The notes under the pieces are model-generated. The model was given only the letters and a program-made list of their open reading frames with translations. It was not told where the DNA came from and made no database searches. A program made the translations under genes and the position numbers. 64,000 nucleotides of DNA from Eledone cirrhosa (Eukaryota). Shown piece after piece: positions 53,490 to 64,000 of this stretch. Where the stretch lies: NCBI GenBank assembly GCA_964016885.1, contig OZ024747.1:72788001-72852000 (forward strand), given 5' to 3'. Every line of letters starts with the position of its first letter. The first letter of the stretch is position 1.

Positions 53490-53685
53490 GATATATATAT
53501 ATATTAAAATAACAGATTAAAGTTTAAGCAAAGAATCGCTGCTTTCACCCTTAACGGGATCTTCTGAAACTTTAATCTGTTATTTTAATAAATATTTACT
53601 CTACGGTTTTTATATATTTTTATATATATATTATCCTTATCGAACCCTCTTCGGATTTTAGTCTTCACATTTATTATTATATAGA

Positions 53686-53897
53686 AGGGCGGTGGATTGA
53701 CAGAGGGTCGATTGGCAGTATCGGTAGAGGGTCGGACGCTATGCTTTGCAGAATAGAGTTACGGCCCTTTACGTTCTGAGTTCAAATCTCGCCGAGGTTA
53801 ACTTTGACTTTCATCCTTATGGGGTCGATAAAATAAAGTACCAGTAATGCACTGGGATAATTGCTGGCCTCGTGCCAAAAGTAGAAATTATTATTAT
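53686..53897 (+). mobile_element. SINE family A, full length with partly duplicated head
   Basis: Head, B-box-like motif, core and tail all present. Confidence 0.9.
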
Positions 53898-53898
53898 T

Positions 53899-53937
<39 letters not shown>

Positions 53938-55488
53938 AAAAGAAATCGAAAATGCAACTGGAGTCTTTTTAAGAATATTTACTTATTTCCTTTACCGGTT
54001 TCACAGTTCTTATGCTTTTCAAAACTAGAGTTGAGATGGAGGGTTTGTGGTTTGTTTCATATATATATATATATATATACGGATTTCTACCCATATATAT
54101 ATATATATATATATGGGTAGAAATCCGTAGATGAAAGATCAACGAAAACAGTGTTCAATCTGTTGCGAGCTTATTTAGTATAAACAAAGTCTCATATATT
54201 TAACAGGGTATATTGGAAGAGGCATTTAAACCGGCCATATCCGGACAGAATTCTCTCACCTCTTTATCTTCAAACTGGCTGTAACCGGCTGCTCATACTG
54301 ATGTTAAGGTATTGTTCTCAAAAATAAATAATATCAAAATCTCATAGATTCGATATTATGAGATAATTATGTGAAATAAAATTTTTACCATGAAAATACA
54401 ATAGTATATATAGAGTTAAAGGGGTAAACTGGTCCCTCAGTTTAAAAGTGCCTCCCCCAATATCCTGTGGTAGCTATAAGTGGATCCCGAAATCAATGGT
54501 AGCATATGTGAAGTGTATGAAACATTGTTTATACTGTATATATCGACAGTCGATCGACTTTCGTCCATTCGGACCGAGGAAACAATGTTTCCATTGGTCT
54601 ATCCAATTGCTAGTACTATCTATATGTATGTATGTGTGTGTGTGTGTGTGCATATGTAAAATGTAAATAGAAATTACAAAGCAAATGACACACTACATTA
54701 AAAAAAATATATTAGTTTAACGCTTGAAATAACAGGAAAGAGCCTTAACGTTTCGATTACTAGACCTTCATCAGAAGATAGAGTTAGAAATAAAAGATGA
54801 AATAGAAAGATTAGAGAGGGAAGAGGAAAGAACGGAAAATGTGAGAAAAACAATCGGCCATTTTGGCGATTTGTGCGAGCGTTTGTGTGTATAAATCTGT
54901 TTCAAAATGTAGTCGTCCCAACGTAAATAACCATAACAACTGAGAAAAATGAGGTAAAGTATCCCCTGGAGATGGAGAAAAACGACTATATTCCACCCAA
55001 AAGTGTTCTTTACCCGATTTTCTCAACTATTATTTATAGCAATCAACTATTATTTATAGCAATCAACTATTATTGGACGTACTACATTTAAAATTTAAAA
55101 TTTCATATTCTCCCAATACTCCTAAAGTAAACAAGTTGTTTATAAGTAAAAGTTGTTTTCATTCTTTTAATCACCACCTGAAATAATATATATTAAAATT
55201 ACAGAATCGGTTAAGAACGTATGTAGACGTACCTGTATAAAATTCTCCAATATATTAGAATATACTCGAAAAAAGAAAAAAAAAACACCCGAAAACGCGA
55301 ACTGTGAACGAAGAATATATTTAGTGAAGCAACGAAATTATTCCTGGAGATTCTTGGTATATGATATATGTGTGTCTCTGTGTGATATCACTGACGACAC
55401 TGGAGATCCTGGAGATTTGATCTTAAAGGCACTTAATAACGTTTATAGAGCAGCCAGACCTATATGTGTATGTCTCCGTCTGTGTGTG

Positions 55489-55565
<77 letters not shown>

Positions 55566-55964
55566 TTGTATGTGTATGTGTGTGTGTGTGGGTGGGTGGA
55601 ACATGTGCTGATAAAAAGGACTCTATCTCGCTTAACAAACAAACCAAAGTATTTCAGTTAAATCAATTTTTTTTCGATTTTCTTTTTATGTTGTTTTAGG
55701 TTTCATTTGTTGTTGGTGTTGAGTTTCTTGTTCTGTTGTCTTCTTCATAAAAAGGAACTTATCTATCGGTTAACATTATATACTCTCGGGTTCCAAATAA
55801 AAGGGGTGTGTTTGTAGAATAAGTGTGTGTATGTGGGGGGGGGGGAGCAGGGGGGGGGGGTTGGAATAAGTCTGTGGGGGGTGGGGGATAAGCAGGGGAG
55901 TTGGAATAAACGAGAAGAAAAAAGAAAAATTATATATATTTGTATAGGTATAATTGTAGCGGGT

Positions 55965-56160
55965 AATAATTGTTTCTACTTTTGGTACAAGGCCAGCGAT
56001 TACGCCAGGGAATTACTGGTACTTTATTTTATCGACCCCGTAAGGATGAAAGGTAAAGTTTAACCGCGGCAGGATTTGAACTCAAAGCGTAAATGGCTGT
56101 AACTCTATGCTGCAAAGCATGGTGTCTGACGCTCTACCGATCTTGCCAATCTACTGCCAT
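55965..56160 (-). mobile_element. SINE family A
   Basis: Core match on the reverse strand. Confidence 0.85.
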
Positions 56161-57714
56161 TTGCCAAGCGGGTAATAATAATTATTATGTTGTTTGTTGT
56201 TATTGTAGACCAAATGTGTTCACCGATTTGAATTTAATGTGTTGTTGGATTAATGGTCACTGGTTCCTTGTATTATGGCAGGAATTGTAGTAGTAAACGT
56301 TGGTTTGATGATACTAGTAAAAGTGAATGTGTAAATTAATCTGTTCTCATATAAAGCATTACTAAACAAGATCAGCTACTTTAATAATTTTATTACTTAA
56401 TAACATAGATAGAAATCATTGCGACAATATAAATCATTCACAGTAAAATTGGCGTGGGTGTTTGTGTGATTGTTTGGCGTGGGTGTTTGTAGTAAATGTA
56501 TTAACATTTGTATTATAACTAACCTTTGTGGTATAGAACTCGCCTGTCTGAAGGCCAAGATCCCAATAGGTCGGAGTAAATCTATGACAACCGTTCTGTT
56601 GTCTTTCGTGAACTGGAGTGAACAGCTGAGAACAGAGTATTTTATGAGAATATATCCCCTAGAAAACTATTCCTCTTGACAATTTGGCAAGGCTAGTCCC
56701 AAACAAAGGAATTAAATATCGGGGAGGTCAAAAGTTTAGCGTGTGTGGTCGTAATCAGCTATTTAGCTAACTTGGGAACCTGATTACATTCGCAAAATAA
56801 TTTAGGTATAATTTATAAATCAATGTAAGTAATATTTTTATATTTGGATTACTTTTGTATCTTGAGATATGTATTACAATATATAATTGATATTGTTTTC
56901 TGTAATATTCTTGCATAAGCAGACCTGCCAACCTTTAAAAACCCAAACGGGGAGAACCATGAAAAAAGTGCCCCCAAATGAGGAATGAGGCGAAATGGGG
57001 AGATTTTACATAATGAAAGCTATACCCATTTTCATAAGAGAAGACATCTCTCACTCACCCCAAAGTGTGTAGGAGATCTCCCCGTCTGACGGGGAGAGTT
57101 GACAGATCTACATAAGTATGCCCTGGAATGGGTTTTATCGCATCTTACCACCATTGACCTCTTTACAGAACAACGAAATCCAGATGGTTTTATTTCGATT
57201 TATTCGACGTTCTAACGACTCTGGGTTAAGGGCAGCTTAAACCCGTATGGGGCCTCTTGTTTAATATACAACCAGTCACCCCCACACCACAATCTGACAC
57301 TGACTGGAATTAACCCTCCACACTACCACCCCACCACCCCACCAGTCAACTCATCCACCCCACCTGTCTACCCTCCACCCCCACCCCACCAGTCTACCCT
57401 CCACCCACCCACCACCCCACCAGTCTACCCTCTACCCACCCAACCAGTCTACCCACCACCCCACCAGCTAATGTGATGCAATCACATCCAGAAATACCGT
57501 TAAATTCAGAGGAATCTGGTTACACCAGAAACTTGATATCACGCATACACACGCACAAACACACACACACACACGTACAAACACACACATGCACACGCAC
57601 AAACACACACTCTCCCCCTCTCTCTCTCTGAGTCAAACAGATCGCAAAATAGGGAAATAAGAACTCACTGACATACATTCTCTTTCTCTCTCTCTTTCTT
57701 AGACATACTTTCAA

Positions 57715-57814
57715 TCTCTCTCTCTCTCACACACACTCTCTCTATCTCTTTCTCTCTCTCTCTCTCTCTCACACACACTCTCTCTATCTCTTTCTCTCGC
57801 ACACACTCTCTCTA

Positions 57815-57865
<51 letters not shown>

Positions 57866-58266
57866 ATCTCTTTCTCTCTCTCACACACACACACTCTCTC
57901 TATCTCTTTTTCTCTCTCTCCCACACACACACTCTCTCTATCTCTTAATCTCTCTCTCCCACACACTCTCTCTCTATCTCTTTCTCTCTCTCTCTCACAC
58001 ACACACACACTCTCTCTATCTCTTTCTCTCTCTCTCACACACACACTCTCTCTATCTCTTTCTCTCTCTCCCACACTCTCTCTATCTCTCTCTCCCACAC
58101 ACTCTCTCTCTCTTTCTCTCTCTCTCACACGCACACTATCTCTTTCTCTCTCACACATACACACACACACTCTCTCTCACACACACACTCTCTCTCTCAC
58201 ACACACACACTATCTCTCTCTCTCACACACACACACACACTCTCTCTCTCTCACACACACACACTA

Positions 58267-58298
<32 letters not shown>

Positions 58299-58320
58299 TC
58301 TCTCTCTCACACACACATAC
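57715..58320. repeat. (CT)n/(CA)n compound microsatellite
   Basis: Seen directly. Confidence 0.95.
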
Positions 58321-58569
58321 ATACATCTCGCGAATAGAGGCCGTTTGAGAACTCGCAAGTAAAAACAGACACGCACAAACGTACATATGAAGCGAAGCAA
58401 ATGTAGTTTGAGATAAGATTTACTCCACTTCAGTGAAAAAGAACAACAAATAAGTTATCACGAGTTGCAAAGGTTGACGATGTTATTTTGTTGTTGATGT
58501 GAAAACAGCGAGCGACCAGATAATGTTTGTTGGTGGTTACAGCCCATGGTAGTAGTTCTCGTCGTCATT

Positions 58570-60487
58570 GAATTCTCTCTCTCTTCCACCGGCTATTTAT
58601 ATCCCACGCAACAACTTGTTAACGCCAAAAGGGTGGTGACCTAGAATTTGACCTTTAGGTGTCACCCAGGGTTCGAGGTGTGGACAGGTTTCACTACACA
58701 TACACAACCATCGACACATACACATAAACGTACATACACAGCTATCGACACACACACACACATACACACTTTCTCACGCAGATATACGCACGTGCACACA
58801 CGCAAACCCGCACGCACAAATATACATACAGAGCTTGACCAAAGAGGAATGTGCCTGTCTTCAGTCCTTACAGCTCTGTCCACCACACAACGTCTTTTGC
58901 TATAGCCACTGGACGTAGCAAAACTGCTCGCCCTGCCCTGCAAGGCGATCTTCACAATAGATTCAGTAGATAGCCGGGTCCGTCTAGCATGCGACAACAG
59001 TTTTTCAACATAAACTCACAGGTTAACAGTTTCGTTGCTCTGCGCACATCACGGACAGGCCTGTCTGACATAACTTCCATGCCTGTAGAGTTTATCCCGA
59101 ACAAGTCTTGGTCTTTTCTCTCCTCAACTTCGTCGCACAATAAACTTTCGGTTTCAGAGAAATCTGAAGCAGCGGAGTGATGAGGGATCTCATCGTCAGT
59201 GTGTGTCACTATTTACCTTTGGCTGTACGGGGATGGGGAGATGGGGGATGGGGGTGCATTGCTCTCAGGTTTTCTTTGAGGGGATTGCTAGAACATCTTA
59301 TTTTTGTTGTTTTACGATTTTCTGTACTTGTTGTTGCTACCCCATTATCGACCATGTTTCTTGCTGCTGTTTCTGTTGCTGCGTCTTTTTCTTGTTGCTG
59401 CTGTGGGTGTGCTGTTGGAAAGAGTGGGTTTTTTTCTTTCTTTTGTTTGCTGTTTAGGACATAAACCTTCTAGATGGGTGTCATTCGGCAGTTCAATGGT
59501 AACAGGAATTCTTTTCATGATCTATTTTGAGCAAAAACTCCATCCCAAATCCGGCCCAGCTCTTCTGACATGATTTTTGGATTTGGAAGACATTTTCGTT
59601 ATCCTCTTCGTCCTCCATGATGGCTGCTAGTAGCCAGATCTTTATTTCAGGTGGCACATATCTTTATCTCTTACAGCCACCTTCGTTACATATTTCCCCA
59701 TATATGTTGGGATTCATAGGAATTCCTCACTCTTTAAGGAGTTGATAGAATGAGCCCTTGCTTCGTTATGCAAGGCTCATTCTATCAACTCCTTAAAGAA
59801 CGAATACTTTTAGCGTCCCCTATTCCTTGCCTTTCGAAAGAAAAGTTTTCTTTGATTATACCTCCTTTAAGACCCATCGAGGTTCAAAAATAGAGGGTCG
59901 CTCCCGGTGTTTATTGCAGAAGTTTATAGAATTGTAGATGATCACATATTTCTGTAGATGGAAAATAACGTCTTCTGGCACCGCTGGACTACCGTTTCTC
60001 TGTATCAAACGCTTCTCTGACAGTAGTTAAATCCAGCTTTCTTGTCTGTCGTTACCTTTGTTGCAACGACGCTATACCTGTTTGTTTCTTGGTACTGGTG
60101 TCGTTGTTGTTGTCCGCGACGGTGGTGTCATTGCTGTTGTTGTCGGCGACCGTGGTGTTGCTGGTGTTGTTGTTGTTGTTGTTGTTGCTGCTGCTGCTGT
60201 TGTTGCTTGCCTCTGCTGCTGCTGCTCTTGCTGCTGTTGTTGTTGCCGTTTCTGGTGCTGCTGTTGTTGTGTCCACCATGTATATTTCCTTTAAATGAGG
60301 GGCGTTTTTGTGAAAAGAAACACAAAAATGTAGCCCCTAAGGGTTACAGATATAGGGGAAAGACCTAACTCCATAAAAATATGGTTGGTTTAGCCAGAAA
60401 ATAATATAAAGTGTTCAGACAAAAATGTTTTAAAAGCACGTTGACAAACAATGAACGCCACCGATGTGCACCACGCCTCCTCGAGAT
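58570..60487 (-). mobile_element. Decayed LINE ORF1-like element without detectable RT
   Basis: Minus strand: Q/T/K-rich low-complexity arms, IPTYMGKYVTKV, IPVTIELPND, (GA)n-like end near 58575; family assignment from recollection only. Confidence 0.35.
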
Positions 60488-60799
60488 ATAAAAAAAAACC
60501 CAACCACATAAAATAATAATAAATCTAGTAATCGATGGCACCTGTGATTTATCTCCGTTTGTATGTGTAATATTAGATGTTGAGTGATATAAAATACGTC
60601 AGTCGATCACATGGAATATATAATAGCGATAAAATAGCGTTACTGTGATTAAACATATATATATTGATTTCCAATTTAGACACCAGGTGAGCGAGCAAAT
60701 TTAGAGGATAGGTTTCTTCTTTCTAAGACCCGTAGCGCCTGAGGGAGTCGTAGGGACGCCGTATTGAGATACGGCGTTTCTAAGGTATTATTTTCAACC

Positions 60800-61240
60800 T
60801 GGGGGAGCCCGTCTTCTCTCCAAGTCTGGATACAGTAGATTTCTTCCAGAGAAGGATAGAGAGGAGAGTGAGAGAATGGAAATGAGAAAGAGATGTAGAG
60901 GAAGAATCGACCTCAGTAATAGACTGGTATTTTCATTATCGACCTCGAATGGATGAAAGGCAAAGTTGATCTTGGCAGGATTTGAACTTAGAGAATAGAC
61001 AGCCGAAACGAATACCGCAAAGTATTTTATTTGACGTTCTAACGATTCTGCCAAGTCGTCGCTTTAGGCAAAGTTGGTTAAATGAACTCAGTATTTAACT
61101 GGTACTTTATTTTATCTACTCCGGGAAGATGAAAAGTGAAATTGACCTCGACAGGATTTTATCTCAGAATGTAAAGAACGAAAACAAATAACTCAATTGC
61201 ATTTTATCCGATGCTCTACCAAATTTGCCAATCCACAACC
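60800..61240 (-). mobile_element. Two adjacent SINE A-related copies
   Basis: Cores at 60920-61045 and 61095-61240. Confidence 0.75.
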
Positions 61241-61504
61241 CTTATCGAACATATACATATTGAATAAATATCAATACATTTCAAAGAAGCAGAAACAGGG
61301 TCCAACAAAGAAAGTAAGAAATACTTTAGATTAAATAACTTAAAACTCCCTTTAATCCTTTTGTTAGCATATCGTTAATGAAATATACCGCTAATGTGTT
61401 TCAATCAACTTTGAAAGTAACAGGACATTTTCAGGAATTTAGTAAAATAACTTTTTTTTATTAGTAAGCTGATGTTTGGAACCTTAACGGGTCTTACATA
61501 AAAA

Positions 61505-61683
61505 AATTGTTTCTTCTTTCGGCACAAGGCCAGCAATTACCCAGTGCATTACTGGTACTTTATTTTATTGACCCCGTAAGGATGAAAGGCAAAGTTAACC
61601 TCGATGGGATTTGAACTCAGAATGGCAAGGGCCGTAACTCTATGCGTCAAAGCATGGCGTCCGACCTTCTACCGATACTGCTA
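61505..61683 (-). mobile_element. SINE family A
   Basis: Core match on the reverse strand. Confidence 0.9.
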
Positions 61684-62044
61684 AAATGACGGGTGGATCT
61701 GGTTGAGAAGATATTAACCATGTTTTAGTTATGATCATTCTCTTTTTAAACGGAAAAAAAAAACTGTATCTATCTCTGTGTGTTGAACCGCTAAGTTATG
61801 GGTCACAAACAAACACACATGCATCTACAGAAACTACATGCGCGTGTCTGTGTAGTTTCTGTTTACATAATTTCACTCAAAAGTTCAAGCAGCGGCTATA
61901 GAAGAAGGAGCTGACTCTAGGATACTGTACCTGAAATCATATCTGTATATAAATTACGTCAACTGCGTTAGGTATTATTATTGTTGTTGGATCAACAGTT
62001 GTTTTTTTAACATGCAATCGTACATATATGGTGATTGCTTCATT

Positions 62045-62410
62045 TTTTCAGATGATTGCCGTCTCCCAATGCTCCTCATCAACCGCCACCAACTCCAAAC
62101 GTCCGCTCATCGCCTCTTAGGTGGATTTTAAGTCCAGCATTCGATTTGCACGATCTGCAGCAAATGTGAAAGACAAAAGATGTGCCCTCTATTGGATTGA
62201 TTGGGGTCAGTTTGTGGGATGTCATCCTTATGTACCCTCATATGCTTTTTAAAACCAGAGATTGATTTGCAGATCTTTTTGCACACCACACATGTTGTCT
62301 CACCTAGTAATGGAGGGATAGAGCTGCAGGCAGTTGGCTTTTTATGTGATTTTAAATGACTGATGTACCCAGATTTAGAGAGCAGTATACGACCACACAC
62401 CTCATAACTC
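62045..62410 (-). pseudogene. Three decayed C2H2 zinc fingers, probably a LINE (RTE-like) 3' end
   Basis: YEVCGRILLSKSGYISHLKSH, CVVCKKICKSISGFKKHMRVH and frameshifted HICCRSCKSNAGLKIHLR; no TGEKP linkers; 5' side abuts (TATG)n. Confidence 0.6.
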
Positions 62411-62432
62411 CATACATACATACATACATACA

Positions 62433-62464
<32 letters not shown>

Positions 62465-62534
62465 CGTACATACATACATATATATGTACATACATACATA
62501 CATACATACATACATACATACATACATACATACA

Positions 62535-62566
<32 letters not shown>

Positions 62567-62620
62567 CGTACATACATACATATATACGTACATACATACA
62601 TACATACATACATACATACA

Positions 62621-62652
<32 letters not shown>

Positions 62653-62694
62653 CGTACATACATACATATATACGTACATACATACATACATACA

Positions 62695-62726
<32 letters not shown>

Positions 62727-62752
62727 CGTACATACATACATATATATGTACA
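62411..62752. repeat. (TACA)n microsatellite
   Basis: Seen directly; (TATG)n also at 63727-63847. Confidence 0.97.
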
Positions 62753-63849
62753 TGAATGCCCTCCGTCGTTTCCGGCGATGAGTGCTCTAGTCGCTTCAAT
62801 TAACGGAACTACCTGCTCGTGAAATCAACGTGAAAGTGATTGAGCATTCCACTGACGCGTGCACCTTTTACGTAGTTCTCAGGGAGATTCAGCGTGACAA
62901 AGTGTGTGACAAGGTTGACTCGTTGAATCACAGATACATTTTTACAGATACATTTTTACTAACTGAGTGAACTGAAGTAAAATTCACGACCTCACGTCCA
63001 TGAGCCGAACACTCTAACCACACCTTCATATAATCAATCATATTGCAGTAGATATCTTATCCGCCCATCTGCTGCTGACACCAGTGAGAGGTTTCATTAC
63101 TGAATAAACAGATCAACTGGCACTTGCAATACCTAGAAAACCACTTTACCCCATTGTGCCAGGGAACCTATGTGTGGTCAATTAACATGCTGGAAAAAAA
63201 AAAAAAATTGATGTTGAAGTAAAAAAAAAAAAATTATATCCCCTACATATGATAAGTGCTCAGCCTTTTGATATTTTGTTCGAATCAAATCCGACGGATA
63301 AAAAAAAAGGGGCAGGGAAGGAATGGAATGAACCTTCGTCATTTACGAAGGCGAGTCATCATCATCATCGATTAACGTCTATCTTCCACGTTAGCAAGGG
63401 TCTGTTCCAGATAAATAAATCTATGGGAACTGCACATGAAAAAACCGATTTTAGCATAAACGTACTGAACTGGTGGTTACTTATAAAAAATCAAAAAGTG
63501 TGGGGCGCTCCACCAGTTTCGACGATGAGTGTTAGAGTTATTTGAATAATGGAACAGCCTGATTGTCAAATTAACCCAGCATAACACAATGTGTGACACG
63601 GCTGGCCTTCTCAATTACAGGTACAATTTATCCTGCGAACTTCCAAACAGTTTCTGTCTACCCAGTTTCATTCACAAATCATGGGTTGCATAAAACCGAA
63701 CTTTATGGGCCAGATTTTGTGTGTGTGTATGTATGTATGTATGTATGTATGTATGTATGTATGTATGTATGTATGTATGTATGTATGTATGTATGTATGT
63801 TTGTATGTATGTATGTATGTATGTATGTATGTATGTATGTATGTATGTG

Positions 63850-64000
63850 TCAGGTCACCAGTTGGTGCTACTGGTAACATGTATCCCAGTACAACCTGTC
63901 TCATGGTCGGGTCGTTGGCGACTAAACTGGCAACCCCACCAAGGTTTCTTGGTGAGGAGGGTGACTTTAGACATCCTGCAGGACTAAAAACAAAACCTGT
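63850..64000 (+). mobile_element. Probable LINE (RTE-like) 5' end running off the window
   Basis: Begins right after (TATG)n; homologous to 1525-1620 on the minus strand. Confidence 0.45.

Noticed and set aside
54830-54885. CpG-containing AAAATGGCCG promoter-like patch on the minus strand
   Set aside because: Adjoins a repeat fragment; no exon structure found
60042-60368. Poly-Cys, poly-Gln and poly-Leu ORFs
   Set aside because: (CAA/CAG)n low complexity inside a decayed element

Overview
Eukaryotic, AT-rich, repeat-dominated DNA. The dominant tRNA-derived SINE (GAGTTCAAAT-CCGCCGAGGTTAACTTTGCCTTTCATCC-GGGGTCGATAAAATAAAGTACCAGT) and the TTAACCCTTTAGCATT MITE resemble octopod cephalopod repeats (taxon inferred from memory, not searched). 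I found no supportable host protein-coding or RNA gene; most listed ORFs are microsatellite translations or transposon remnants. Contents: (1) three TIR- and TSD-bounded copies of one non-autonomous hAT/Buster-type element, each with a different interior (deletion, 40-bp minisatellite, or a Ty3/gypsy LTR-gag-protease segment with an intact -1 frameshift signal); (2) LINE remnants of Tx1/L1, CR1/L2, CRE, Hero/NeSL and RTE type; (3) Penelope-like tails with inverted repeats and minimal hammerhead motifs, including two non-canonical cores; (4) non-autonomous Helitrons, piggyBac- and mariner-type MITEs; (5) many long fold-back palindromes and large microsatellites. Coordinates were read by eye; those of decayed repeats are approximate.
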